From NCBI GenBank assembly GCA_964106645.2, contig OZ067045.1: DNA of 64,000 bases, one strand, 5' to 3'. Position numbers and translations under genes: made by a program. The notes beneath the pieces were generated by a model. That model had not been told where the DNA came from. It was given only the letters and a program-made list of their open reading frames with translations, and did no database searches. Below, piece after piece: positions 11,784 to 25,090 of the stretch. The stretch is from Podarcis pityusensis (Eukaryota). How positions within the stretch are numbered: the first letter of the stretch is position 1; each line of letters starts with the position of its first letter.

Positions 11784-11894
11784 GAATACAGTGATGCTCT
11801 CCCCATTTATTCAACCCCCCCTTTATTCCTGTTTCCCTCCCTGCTTTCTGTCTTGCTGCCCTACATCCATAATCAGACTGTAAGACCTTAGGTA

Positions 11895-12088
11895 GGGCTA
11901 TAGCTCAGTGACACATCATCTGCTTTGCATACAGGAAGTCCCAGGTTCAATTCCTGGAATGCCAATGTAGAACTGAGAGACATCGTGGTCTGAAATCCTG
12001 TAGAGTCACACCCCATCAGTGTGGACAATGCTAGGCTATGTGGACCAATGGTTCAATTCAGTATAAGACAGCCCCCTATGTTCTTATG
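11895..12088 (+). mobile_element. tRNA-derived SINE (same family as 6911-7320)
   Basis: gggctatagctcagtg...aagtcccaggttcaattcctgg...ggaccaatggttcaattcagtataagacagc...atgttcttatg. Confidence 0.75.
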
Positions 12089-12342
12089 GGTCTTGTTGCT
12101 AATAACAATGTACGAAGTTGCCAAAAATATTTACATAATTCCTTTCTCCTCCATAGCTTCTAATTAGGGGGCAGGGACAGAAGTCAAATACCTGGGTTCA
12201 AATCGCAGCTCTGTCGAGGAATTTACTGGATAGCCTTGCCACCAACCACCTTTGCTCATTCAACCGTGTTTCACAAGGTTTCCATGCATGGATAAAATTG
12301 CTTGGCTATATCTCCTGCCTGGAGATCGCATGAGGAAAATCT

Positions 12343-12597
12343 GGAGCCAGTGTGGTGTAGTGGTTAAGAGCGGTAGTCTCCTAATCTGGGGAACCGGGTT
12401 CGCGTCTCCGCTCCTCCACATGCAGCTGCTGGGTGACCTTGGGCCAGTCACACTTCTTTGAAGTCTCTCAGCCCCACTCACCTCACAGAGTGTTTGTTGT
12501 GGGGGAGGAAGGGAAAGGAGAATGTTAGCCGCTTTGAGACTCCTTAAAGGGAGTGAAAGGCGGGATATCAAATCCAAACTCTTCTTCTTCTTCTTCT
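12343..12597 (+). mobile_element. Squam3-like tRNA SINE with L2-type 3' stem-loop and (CTT)n tail
   Basis: A box tggtgtagtgg, B box gggttcgcgtc, CORE-like gggtgaccttgggccagtcac, stem-loop ccgctttgagactcc...ggagtgaaaggcgg, CTT tail; many CpGs retained. Confidence 0.85.
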
Positions 12598-13767
12598 GGA
12601 TATAGAAAGAGGAGAGAGAGAGAAAAGCAAGCCCAATCATTCAAAATATTGTGTCATTCCTAGGAGATTGCTGTGATTGTTAGCACTGAAACGCATCTAA
12701 ATTGACTGGCAGGAAGGAAAAAGAAAGTCCTTTACTCAATGCATAAATATCTCATGTGGCTTTCACTACTATAACTACCAAACAGAGCAATGGGCTGTTA
12801 GATAGCTTTTCTTAAAATATTAGATAAGTCTACCAATGACCACTGGCTGTGATGGGCATTTGGAACGTCTGAGTCAGCCTTCCTCAGCCTGGGATGCTAC
12901 AAATGTTGTTAGACTACAATTCCCTTCACCTCTGATGGCTGGGCAGGCTGGCTGAGCTAGATGAGCCTTCAGTCTCACTTAGGAAGGCAACTTTCCAAGA
13001 GAAACTTAGTTGGATGCATTTTCTTTCCACATTGGCCCCACGAGATCTTGCTGAGCCTGTTGGAGCCTTTCTGAGTGAATCTTTGTGGAGGATGGGTGGA
13101 GGAAATCTATGTCTTCATCTTCCTGTGAGCGTTTGGCCACTTTGCCAGCCATAAATAATTGAGATAATACTTATTTTAATTATATCTGGATAGAATAAAT
13201 TAGAAATTCAATTACTGTGCTGCGCGCTGAAGAGGCATTCAAAATGTTTGGGCTATTAGTTGAACAAATTATCAGTAAAAGACAACAGCATTTGTGGAGA
13301 CTCACCCCAATGCCCTTATTTTAATGAGAGTGAGTCAAGGCAGAAAACATGACTAAGCAGATTTCTGTACAAGAGGACTCGGGTGCCCCTTCACCCAGGC
13401 TTTGTTGTGGGAGGGGGAAACCTAAGGATCTCGTGTCTACAGTTACCTTATTCCTTAGCTTGTAGCTTTCACATTTGTGGTTGCTGCTGCTATGACCATA
13501 ATGCAGGAAAGAAGAAGACAAAACAATGGGAAGTGGGTACAACATGGACTGCATTTTTAACTAGGGAGATTTGGAGGGTGACAATCTGTGCAGAAAGCTA
13601 AATACAGTTCAACTGCCATTTACTTGGTGAATTTGTCCCTTGTTCCTTGAACCTCACAACTCTGAGCAGGTTCAACAAGTTCACCCAAGAGATGATCCTT
13701 ACCCTGGCCACAGACCCTGTGTGTTTATAATAATTGTCATTTTAATTACTGGATATTGAATTTGGTT

Positions 13768-13920
13768 GTCATAGAATCATTAAATTGTAGAGTTGGAAGG
13801 GACACTAAGGGTCATCTAGACAAAGTCTCTGCAATACAGGAATATCAACTAAAGCATCCATGACAGATTGCCATCCAACCTCTGCTTAAAAACCTTGAAG
13901 GAATGAGAGTCCACCACCTT
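13768..13920 (-). mobile_element. CR1 3' end
   Basis: tcatagaatcat...gagttggaagggacactaagggtcatctag...ccatccaacctctgcttaaaaacc...gagtccaccacc. Confidence 0.8.
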
Positions 13921-14667
13921 AATGGCATAATGATGTAACTGCAATCTTCTTAACAGGGAGAAGGACAGCAGAGCCCCTGTTCACTGAGAGGCCACTGTAG
14001 AGGTAGCAGATCTGGCCTCCAAAGAGTGTATTGCAGTCCTTGCTGCCACCACGTGGGCAACAGTGGGCAACACATTCCCTGGAGGCCAGATCTGCTGCCC
14101 CTGTGGATCCTGCCACTTGAGGCAGTTGCTTCACCTTGCCTCATGGGTGGGCTGGCCCTGTCTTGTTATATTTATCATTCTGAAATGTTGTTTTTGATAT
14201 ATGTTGTTATATTTGCTATTACGTGGCTCTTTTCTTATGTTATTCTTATGTTATTATTCTCGTCATGTTTGATTTTGAGATGTATTCCTCTTTTCTTTGC
14301 TGTAAGACACTTTGAGCATGATTCGTGTGTGTGGGTGTGTGTGTGTGTGTGTGGGTGTAATAGAGGTGTACAAATAAAATTATAAATGCATGAGAGCTTT
14401 AGGGTGACGATTATGCTTTTCTGGCAAACCTGCAAGCAAAACACATACCTTTTGGGAAGGGGGCATGGTTGTTGCAGTGTAAATGCAAGGATAGGAACTG
14501 AAGAACCTTCAGCAATGTGTAATGGTTGAAGGAGATAGAGTTGGCAATGTATGGGATCAGGAGCATTAAATATGTATCCCGCTTTTCATCTGTGAAATTG
14601 TAGAGGGCATTCTTACCAATATGGCCAGAATGTGCATTTCAGCTCCCTACTTGCTTAATTGCCTATG

Positions 14668-14810
14668 GTAGGGATGGGGAACCTGTGGTCACCCAGATGT
14701 TGTTGGACTCCAGCTCCTATCAGCCCTATCCAGCACAGCCAATGGTCGGAGATGATGGGAGTTGGGATACAGCAACATCTGTAGGGACACAGGATCCCCA
14801 TCTTTGGCCT
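14668..14810. mobile_element. Short hAT-type MITE (abundant family)
   Basis: tagggatggggaacctgtgg...gatgttgttggactccagctcc...gatgggagttggg...caacatctgtagggacacaggatccccatc; related copies near 12880, 19240, 26570, 27640, 32720, 38335, 43705. Confidence 0.7.
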
Positions 14811-15905
14811 ATGGCAAACCCTGAGCAACTTAAAATGGAGAGACGGGATTGACACTGAAGGTTCGAGAAGAAGGCACTTGTCTACCATGTCCTCTGCACA
14901 ATCTATTGCTTTAGCAGAGGCCAGCCCCAGGAGCTGTCATCTGCAGTGGTGGGCGAGGAGGTTTTTTCAGGTGGGATTCCTGGACTTTCCACTACTTGGG
15001 GCCCACAGCCAACTACTTGGAGGAAGATCACCCCAGTCAGACATTGCTTATTATCCCTTGCTCCTGACTGCTGTCGCATGCGGCCTTGGAAGTTTCTCTC
15101 TGGACCTGACCCAGTGTGAATAATGCATGAACTACCCATTGTCTCGCTTGCTTGCTGAACTGTGGCTCTCTCTTTCTGCAGAGGCAATGTGGATGGCGTT
15201 GGTTTTAATATTTATTTCTTATCCTCCATAAATATTTAAATGTTCTGCCTTTTGGAGGCCAGGAGAGCTCATGAAGGGGAGGGAGGCAGGGAAGATGACC
15301 CATTTGCTCATACTAGTGACTGCCCAAGCAAAACCTTTGCTGCCTTAGGGCAGTAATATTCCTCAGTAAACATGGCTGAGGGGTGATGAGGGTTACATCT
15401 TCTGAGAAACCTATGCAACTCAGTTTGCCCCAGGCTGAAGAAGACAAACACATCAAGGAAGGTCTGGCAAATGGGGTGGGGGGTTGGTCTCCAAAGGCTT
15501 TAAAAGAATTCTCAAGCAAAAACTACAGTCTGAATAGCAAATACGATTCCCTATGCATTTCAGTCCATCATTCACGATGCTCATTCAGCAATAAGCTATC
15601 TGCTTGTAGACTGAGGAGCTTCCTGAAAATAACTCTTTGAATATCTTTCACCAGATCTTAATTTAAACCATGGTCAAGTAGAACCCTATTTATGGTGCCA
15701 GGGCTTCAATTATAATGTGGAGTAAAAATTAGTGTTTTTCCTTAACCATTCAATAATTAGGGAGAGGGGGGGGATTTAGGATTGTGGGAAAGGGCTGCCA
15801 AATTAATCCATAAATTCCCCTAATTCCTCAGACTAATTCCTCTAATTTAGATTATCATAATGTTGAGCATTAAGGATGGTGTGGTTCAGTATTCCATTTG
15901 GGAAT

Positions 15906-16388
15906 TGCAGGGACTGGGCAGAGGAGGAATGGTGGAAACCGCCTCCCCATCCTGACCCTTCCAGGGAGGAGGAAGGGGAAGACAGTATAGATTTAGAACA
16001 GGGATCTGAAGGAGGTAGCAGATTAGAGACAGATGAGGGGGAAAGCAGGGAAAGCATGGGACAGCTGGAACAATAACCAGCTGACACATTGTCATTAGAA
16101 AGCATTCCAGATCCTCCATCTCCCAGAACCTGACGAGCCTTAAAAGTAGGACAGCAAAGAGCTCAAAAACAGAGGGCACGTAGCAGAAGAGACGATGAGA
16201 ATAATGAATGAGGGAGTGTGAGAGACAGGGTGGGGTGGGGTGGGGTGGAGATTCACTCGGTACAATGCCATTATCCAAGAGGCTGGGTTCTATAGCCTCT
16301 CTCTGTAATTGTTGAATTAAAAAAGGACAGTAGTAAACTTTCTCTTGTCTTTATATTTTCCTGGGCAACAAGCCAGCACCCGCTGACA
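15906..16388 (+). mobile_element. Solo-LTR-like repeat, family B
   Basis: Purine-rich body (gcagaggaggaatggtgg..., catctcccagaac) shared with 55497-56075; ends ctgaca; TSD not recognisable. Confidence 0.5.
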
Positions 16389-16439
16389 GCATGCTGACAG
16401 GTATCATGTTCTGGATGTTGTGTGTGCACTCAGATCTGC

Positions 16440-16623
16440 ATATCCTCCAACATTTCTCTGATGAAAACAGGGACGTCCTCTATTCCATACTCTCCTATCT
16501 TTCTCCTATGAAAATTGGGACGTCTTAAGGAAAAGCAGGACATTCCAGGATCAAATCAGAAATGGGGATGGCTTCTGTAAACCTGGGACTGTTCCTGGAA
16601 AATAGGGACAATTTGAGGGTCTG
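16440..16623. mobile_element. hAT-like MITE
   Basis: tcctccaacatttctctgatgaaaacagggacgtcc...aaaatagggacaatttgagggtctg; repeated GGGAC subterminal motifs; partial copy near 30572. Confidence 0.6.
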
Positions 16624-19600
16624 GACCTGGGGAATATTGCATTTGTTTTTCTGATTACAATGCTAGCATTTTTCTAATGTTCTTTGCATCCTGCAATACC
16701 TGTTGTGCTATGGAACTGTAGCTTTTTGACTGATACACTGGCATGTTGTACTAAATGTCATTCACCAGTGTCTGCCCTCCCCTCCCATGTGTAACGACTA
16801 CAGAATTCCCCCTCCTCCTGGAGAAATGTGGTGAAATGTCCCCCCTCCCAGTTTGCATGCTAAGAAATAGGATGTAGAATTTCAAGAGGTCATTTTCACA
16901 CAGCTCTAACTCTGAACCTACTGCCAATTAATTTCACTGGGCCATTCTGAGTTGCAGTACTATGAGAAAGGGATACAAATTCCTTCTACCTATGGAGTCT
17001 ATGAACAAAATGTGTGCTGTGCTATAGTTAACTGAAATGAACAAGCAGAATTCTGACGAAGTCTAATAGCTGCTGGAGTTTATGGGTCTGGCGCAATGCA
17101 ACTTGCCATGATCTGACAGGTTAAGTATGGCATTAAAGCTGAATCGTCACCATCTACTGGTTATGAGGCCATCTTCTGAATCCTGTCAATGTGGTGGTAG
17201 CAGCAGGATAATAGAAAATTAGTGAGCAATAAAAATATTCTGGGAGCCTGGACAGCTGCCATGTAACAGTTCCACTCCATGAATGAACTTTGCTAAATGT
17301 TTAGAAACCCAGATACACTATACAATTAATTGAGCATAGCACACAAAGCAAATATCACTGTGAAATGGGATAAAACAGAGACATAAAAATAAAAACAGCC
17401 AAATCAAGGCAATGTAACTGGTGCACAAAATAGCCAAGGAATGAGTGTGTTAATGGATACTGTAATAAATACGATGGATGACATAATAAAAATATACCTA
17501 GACATTTTCCACAGAAGGCCAAATTGCAAGACAGGAGAGTAAAGGCCATACAACGGTTCGCTTGGAGGGTAGCAAGACCCCTCAGAAGTTCCAAGGTGCT
17601 TCTACTGACAGTGTTAACAGGTCCTATTTTATGAATTCTTTTTGCTGCTGCCTGTGTCAGTTTACATTTTTTAGTGCAGAAAGTATTGATCTGATGTGTA
17701 GAGATCTTTCCTATTCTACTTAATTCAAAAGGGTTCTGGAAGCTTCTCTGTGTGAAAGAAACAAGCAGAAGGTTCATGATGTTTGGGTTATACCTTCAGA
17801 GAAGCTGAGTATAGCTGGCTTAAACTGGTTCTCTTATCGTCTTCTGTCAAGGTCATGCTGACTATAAAAGTAAGGTCAAAAAGAGCCTGGCTTTCACTTT
17901 CCCTTTCTATCTCTTTTCCTTCTGGTATGGTGTTCTGTACATAGTATGCTTAGTGTTAAGGTTTGGACTTATTATAAGCTATTGTAAGTTTAAGTTAAGT
18001 CAGCTGAAACTGGATTTCTTATGGACAGTGCCAATTCTGAATATATTGGATCTGTGACCATTATGTTCATTTGCCTTCTGTAGCAGTAAAACTCTGCTGG
18101 ATGAACTATAATTGCCTCTGGTCTATTTTTGGGGAATCTTGCAACGTGTTTAAGTTTTTATTATTCCAGCTATACATTGGAATCTGCTCTAGACTGATAT
18201 TGAGGAGAATTCCATGATAGCCTGTGGTGCTAGTGGGGGTAAAGTTAATTGTGGTAGCCATCATTCTTTCCCCCTCCAAAGCCTCTGGATGATGCAACAG
18301 CAACAGTTCTGAGGTGCTGCATTATTTCAACATCATTATCTTGAAATCATTCTCTCTTATTAGAAGCTAGACCTGTCAATCAGAGGAGCTCCCCGCTCCC
18401 CACAGCATGGGGTTTTCCTTATATGGCATGCTTGGGGAGAAATATTTCAATTTTTGCATGCACACAGTGTTTTTTTTTTTTTTAAAAAAAACATCTGAAT
18501 CTCTGAAACACTCCAAAGCACTCCAGAGATTCGCACTTCAGCCTGGGATGCTTTGGAGAGATCTTGCTTCAGCTCTGACAAGCTCTGAATCTCTCCATAG
18601 TGACTCTACTTTGGTTCTTGATTTGAGAGTTTTCCAAACCTTTTGCATATCCTACTGGAAACCCTGAGAATTTGAACTGAACCAGCTTTGCAGATTGTGC
18701 TCTGAATCTCAGCCAACAAAAATATTCTGCACTCAGACAGTTTCCCATAATATATTGCAGCATGGCTACATTTTGTCCATATGGCTTATTATATTAAAAG
18801 CTTATTACACAATCAGTACTGCAGGGAAGTTGCCCTTTGCGTATGTTTACTGTGTACTCGTAAATCCCCAGTGTCCATATGCTCAGCTCAGCCTAATGGC
18901 TCCAACAACAGACCCATCAAATACTGCTCTGTTTCCAACAATGTGTTCCGGGAACGGCTGTGACAAATGGAAATCGGAAGCTGCCTCCTTCTGGAAAACT
19001 CTTTCATCTGAGTGGTTGAGCATTAAGTACTATTCATCCAAAGCAGCCTACAAATCCCATGAATCTTATCAAACACAGTCTAAACAATCAGACAATCACA
19101 ATCTAGATCTACTTCAACATGGAGTAGTCCCCAGGGCAACATCTACATAAGTTCAGGGGAGACAACAGTCCTTTCAAGGTGAGGACTAACCTGCCACAAA
19201 CTAAGTTGGAATGTGAGAGTGTGGCAGTCATTTAATCAGGGATGGAGAACCTCTGCCTTGATGTTGTTGTGCTCCAACTCCCATCAGCTGCAGCCGGTAT
19301 AGTCCTTAGTCAGTGCTGATGGGAATTTTAGACTAGAAAAATCTGCTGGCCACAGATTCCGTGTCCCTGCATCCCAGGGTGGGTCTGTCCCCTGCCCATC
19401 TCCTTTGCATTCTTTGCATTTGAACAAATTTATTCTCTGACTGAAGCACTAAATATTCTTAAATCCTTTCATGCCCCCCCCCCCCATAATTCCACCTTCT
19501 ATAGTGCCGAATTTACTCGACAGATATAAGGGTATTTTCATTTGAGGATGGATTATAGAAAGACACACTCCAAGCCAAGCCCTTCTGTATTCAGAGAAGC

Positions 19601-21006
19601 CATTATCTGAAGGAACAGCTAAGCTTAATAAAAAGAAAGAAAGAAAACCTTCAGGAAATAAAAGTGTTCGTGGCGTATTTAACCATGATCTAGCCTCCGG
19701 TGTAAGTAAAGAGCAAGGCAATTAATAAGGTATATTTAGCATACAGCTGAGAAACATGGGTACCCAAGTGGATTGGTGGAGCAATTTAAATAATATTTAT
19801 CTTTAAGATCATTCTAGCTGTGACTAGTTCAACTACAACCTGTGATTCTGTACAAACCTGAGTTTTTCAACCCCCCCCCCGAAAGAAAAGAAATTGGAGC
19901 ATGTCTCCACATGAGGATTAATATGAGGGCCCCATTGCTTTGCTCTGCCCCGCCCCGCCCTGCTTTTGAGTCTGTTAAGCATTAATCCAAATACTGGTGC
20001 TACTGACCTTCAGCTGGAGAAATGTAGCAGCATACATGTTACAGGCAGAAGGGTTGGGGTAGAAGTTCTAGCTGCCACTAGGTGCTGCCTGTTTGGCACT
20101 GACTCATGGCAAACCCTTCTCAGGGGCAGTTCCCCATTTGTGGAATGTCATCTCTGTCTCCCATATTATTAACATTCAGGGGGAATTTAAATGCACTTCT
20201 GTTCACCCGGGCATTTGATGACAGTAAGACAAGGCTCCTGGCAACCTTGAAATTACTAGGTGTGAGGGTATGTGACTGCATTTACATGTTTTTAATTCTT
20301 CTAAAATGTCTTAAATATGTTATTTTGTTTTTAATTGCATTGGCTTACCATTTTCCCTCCTTGGCTTCTAAAGGGATGAGAAGTGTGCGGAAGTTAAAAG
20401 GGCTTTACCTCTATGCCTTGAGCTGTGGCATCATTTAATGGCCTTCAACTGCATCCTCACCCTGCTCCATCAAGGACCCATGGGAGACCCATCAAGCTTC
20501 ATTGGTTGATAGGTTGCTTGCTTCAGAAGTCAAAAGATTGGAGCTCCTCCTATCAGGTTAGGAGCATAGTAACTTGTCTTCCAGTTCAATCAGGTGTTTG
20601 GAAGGGTGTGATACTCATTCATTCATTCATTCATCCATTCTATTTCCATCCTGCTTTTTATGGGGGGTGGGATGCTTTCCCAGTTGAATACAGTAATGGT
20701 GGCAAGCACGGGACATAAGTAAAGCAGACAGACTGTCCTCAACAGAAATGATAAGACACATGAATGAAGAGGCATAGCACAATGCCAAAATGAAGTGACT
20801 TTCCCCCCTGCCAACACAGAAACATAAAAGCTGCCGGATACATCTAGCTCAACATTATCTGCACTGCATGGCAGCAGCTCCCTGGGGCAGGGTTTCAGCC
20901 AAGGTTCTGTCCCAAACCTGGCAGGAGTTGCTGCAGACTAAGCAAGAGTCCCTTGTATGCATGTCTGGGCAGAAGAGGTGCAATTGTTAGAGCCAGGTCA
21001 ACTGTA

Positions 21007-21386
21007 AAAAGGTAAAGAAAAAGGACCTCTGGCAGTTAAGTCTAGTCGCAGTCGACTCTGGGGTTGTGGTGCTCATCTCACAGGCCGAGGGAGCTGGTGT
21101 TTGTCCGTAGACAGTTTTTCCAGGTCATGTGGCCAGCATGACTAAGCCGCTTCTGGTACAACAGAACACCGAAACCAGAGAAGCAAAGAAATGCCGTTTA
21201 GCCTCCCACCGGAGTGGTACCTATTTATCTACTTGCACTTTTTGGTGTGCTTTCGAACTGCTAGGTTGGCAGGAGCTGGGACCGAACAATGGGAGCTCAC
21301 CCCGTTGCAGGGATTGGAACCGCTGACCTTCTGATTGGCAAGCCTAAGAGGCTCCGTGGTTTAGACCACAGTACCGCCTGCGTCCC
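21007..21386 (-). mobile_element. Sauria SINE
   Basis: Full-length body; imperfect TSD aggtcaactgtaa / aggtcaacagtaa. Confidence 0.92.
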
Positions 21387-22838
21387 ACTAGGTCAACAGT
21401 AACATGTTCTAAATGCCTGTTTAAGAAGATGTGTTTCCCTAAGCATTATGGGCTCTGAGGCTTGTCTCCAGTGTAGCACGAAGTAACTGTTCCATCAGTG
21501 CAAGAGTTTACCCTTGTGCAATGGGGCTTCCCTGCCTTTCCTCCTCCTCCTCTTGTGTGGGGTTGATGAGAGTCACAGTTCAGAACATCTGGCAAAGGCT
21601 GCTCTAGAGCCCACTTGGCCCCCAGGTACCATTTTCTGAGTCAGATTTTCACTTATTTTCCTTTTCCCCTTTTTATAAAAAGAAAAATAATAATAATCCC
21701 ATGATGGGATGAATAGCCTCTTAAAATAATAGCCAAATGGCTGGGCTGATTGACATCTCACCCTGACCTTATCCACCAGTCATTTCCCAGCTTCCTTTAT
21801 CTGCTGCAGGGATGCAGAGAGCTCTCTCCATCTTGGCGTGATTAAAGTTGGCCTATTTGCGGCTGGTAATAAAATCCTCCACACAAGGGCTTTATTACAA
21901 CCCCCACCAAATGGAAAAAGGATGGTTAAGAGATTTAGGAGTGGAAAAAACAGGAGGAGGAAAAAAGGCCTGATCTCAGCAAAATCTCTATGCAAATGAG
22001 CTGTTAAAACTTCCAAGACTTGACATTATGGACCTAGAAGCAAAACGTATGAGAGCCATTGTAAAGAGTTAAGCATCTTTTCCCCAGTGAAGAAAGTGAA
22101 GTTTTGAAATGAACAGCACTGGGATGTTCTATTAACGATCTTTATTGCCTTGTAATTTATGGTGATCACCCCCCCCCCCTTGAGGAATTGTTTTGGAGGA
22201 AAAGGGACATCAGCCTTTCCTCTCTGCATGACATATGCCCAGTCCCTTGCTGTCTCTTGCTTTAAGCCCATGCAGAGTGGGGCTGGCCTGGCGAGTCCAG
22301 AGGGTCAGACAGATAGACCTGAAGGGATGCATTTGGGTACAGAATCTCAGGCCAAATGCAGCCCTTCAGGGCCCTTCCCAGACTGCCACCACCCCTCACT
22401 CTGCTGCATGTCCTCCGTGAGTGCTTTTGCCCAACTAACTAGCTACCCTGCTGTTAAGTATTTAAACAAAAAGTAAATTCACAGGTGTCTCAAACGTCCT
22501 TCTCTACCACATTGATGAACTGCTAGGACAGCGGCTTGATCACTTCCTGGGCTTGGTGGCAATTAAAAATATAATTTGGTAGCACAAGTGACATTGCCTC
22601 TCCACAAAACTCACCTTGCCTGCTTCCCTGCTGAAGCCAGTTCATAGACTGAAGGGGGAAGAACTAAGAAATGGATCTTCCTTTTCCACTTAGGTCAAAG
22701 TGTTGCCCTATTGTCCAGCACTGGCAACCTTGGGCAGCTGACAGAGCTCTCCTTCCTTGGCAGGCTTCACTGCTGATGCTTGCCAAGACCACACTCTGCC
22801 TTTTTTTGCTGTTCTGGTAGTCCCAGCAGTCTCATATG

Positions 22839-22917
22839 TAGGGTTGCCATACTTCCGGAATTTCCCGGAGATATCCGGAATACTGTAGTTTTCACTGTTT
22901 GAAATATGGCAACCCTA
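22839..22917. mobile_element. 79-bp hAT-type mini-element
   Basis: Perfect 13-bp TIRs tagggttgccata / tatggcaacccta with internal ccgga repeats; related ends at ~7380-7570 and ~32832-32968. Confidence 0.75.
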
Positions 22918-23962
22918 CTTGTGTGGCTGGATCTACCCATTCATTTAAAGCCTCTATTCTAGCATCACTCAGGGAAATTGTGGGTAATTAAAAGTGTAAC
23001 TAGATCCACCAGTCTGGTGCTGCACATGCTATCCAGTCAAAAAGAAATGAAGAATTGGGTAGGGCAGGCATCAGCAGTGATCCCTGACAGGATGCTGAAG
23101 GCCTGACAGCTGCCTGAGGATCCCATGTGAATCTGTGCTATTATTATTTGCTTCCAGTATGTTCTGGTCCCTTTCTAAACCAGCGCTTTGCTCTCAAGCC
23201 AACAAGAATGAGCATCAACTTACAACCCAACTAGATGAGATACCATTCGTGCAATTAGCTGCTTGACATGTTGCCACCACAGCCAGGGGTCCACAGCAGG
23301 GCACTTTGCCCAGGGCCCTCTGAAACAGGAAGCCATCCCTGCTGTCATCAGTCTCCTTACAAAAACTAGGATTAGGTCTCAATCATTGTAAGGGAAAGGT
23401 TCCAAATTATTTCAGCCACACAATAACAAAATTCGGTCAAACGATTTAGCAAAACAAAGAATGTTTATCAGACAATAGAGGTGGTCTCACAAAAACCTTA
23501 ACTGCAAAAGGTCAGTGTAAAGAGGTGCCTCTTTAGCAAATGATGAAAACTTTATAATGAGGAGTGGATTAGGAGTCCTGAGCATACAGGGTTTTAGCTC
23601 ATGGGCACAGTCCACACACTTTAAACAGGTTTGTTTCCTTCAGAAATTTCCCCAGTATCTCATAGGAATGTAGGAAGTTGCCTTATACCAAGTCCATTTA
23701 GCTCTGCATTGTCTACACTGACCAGCAGTGTCTCTCCAGAGTTTCAAACAGGGGATATTTGCAATCCAACCTAGGGATGCCAGCGATTGAACCTGGGACC
23801 TTCTGCATGCTTTGTTCTACCAGTGCCCTTCAAATGTGTGGTGGTGGTGCTAGGCAGGATAGGTGAGCCTTAAGGAAATTTAGCCCACTGTGTCAAGGTA
23901 AAGGTCGCATCCATTACTCTGCCCACTTTTGCCTCTAGCCTCATCCCTCCCTGGAAGTTTGC

Positions 23963-24622
23963 TGTGATGTTCGAAAGTATATGCAAATAATGTCATGTGT
24001 TAATGTAATGAGATATTAGAGTAATGAAGGTAAACTAATATGTGACAAATGTGTAGGTAAATATAATATGTAAATCAGAGTGTTTGGTTGATATTAGTGA
24101 GGGAGTGTGCTTGGAATGCTGGAAGTGAATGGAGAATGGATAAGAGTTTGAAAGGGAGTTTGAATGCTTGGGGGAGACCATTTAGAGAGACAGTTGAGTT
24201 GAAGCTGGTGTGAGAGTTGTATGTGGAGAGAGTGTGTTTTGTGGGAGCAGGGTCAGCATTGTTATTAGTTGTTGCTTTATATGAACCAAAGTAACTGGTA
24301 TGGAAGTGCAAAACTGGAACAATATGCTTCTGTACTCTGAGTTACCTTAAAACCTTTTTATTGTTGTTGTTTAGTCATTTAGTCGTGTCTGACTCTTCGT
24401 GACCCCATGGACCAGAGCACGCCAAGCACTCCTGTCTTCCACTGCCTCCCGCAGTTTTTATTACTTCTGTTCTAATAAATTGCTGTATCATATTCTCATG
24501 CCTATTGACTGGTTGTATTAGAGGTAGGAGATAGTCAGCTACTTGGTCTCTGTGGTGGCAGTAGAAACAGAATTTAAGAATGCCTATTAACAAACCCAGC
24601 TCAGGACTCTGTACACCTTACA
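23963..24622 (+). mobile_element. Solo-LTR-like element carrying a BovB 3' fragment
   Basis: TG...CA ends, GT-rich U3-like body, AATAAA near 24475; TSD not found. Confidence 0.45.
24361..24454 (-). mobile_element. BovB extreme 3' end
   Basis: ttgttgttgtttagtcatttagtcgtgtctgactcttcgtgaccccatggaccagagcacgcc is the reverse complement of the BovB tail seen at ~38870-38930. Confidence 0.9.
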
Positions 24623-24848
24623 GAAAGAGGGAGAAGAATGGTGGTACAAGGGAGCTGAGGTGACTCCATGGGTAGTGCCACGGCACCCCATAGCTGGAGT
24701 GAGGGTGGCATGAGAGTTGCCTATGAAAGAATGCATCCTTCAGACTGTTCTAAACAATTTTTTAAAAATCTTAAATACACATTGAAAATGAATGTGGTAT
24801 ACTTTTGAGCCAAGAAGTATACTGCAAAATTCAGATGAGCATAAAGTA

Positions 24849-25090
24849 CAGTGGTACCTCAGATTACAAACACCTCGGGTTACAAACACTTTGGGTTACA
24901 GACTCCACTAACCCAGAAGTAGTACCTTGGGTTAAGAACTTTACCTCAGGATGAGAAGAGAAATCGTGCGCCAGTGGCGCGGCAGCAATGGGAGGCCCCA
25001 TTAGCTAAAGTGGTACCTCAGGTTAAGAACGGTTTCAGGTTAAGAACGGACCTCAGGAACAAATTAAGTTCGTAACCAGAGGTACAACTG
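24849..25090. mobile_element. Tigger/mariner-type MITE, TA TSD
   Basis: TIRs cagtggtacctc / gaggtacaactg flanked by TA; internal ggttaagaac repeats. Confidence 0.88.

Noticed and set aside
14028-14062. CTCF site with upstream TGCAG module
   Set aside because: Core has mismatches at normally invariant positions.
16227-16249. G-quadruplex motif gggtggggtggggtgggg
   Set aside because: Simple repeat inside an LTR-like element; no sign of function.
18695-19150. 151-aa ORF in unique sequence
   Set aside because: Non-ATG start, no codon bias, no recognisable motif; chance ORF.
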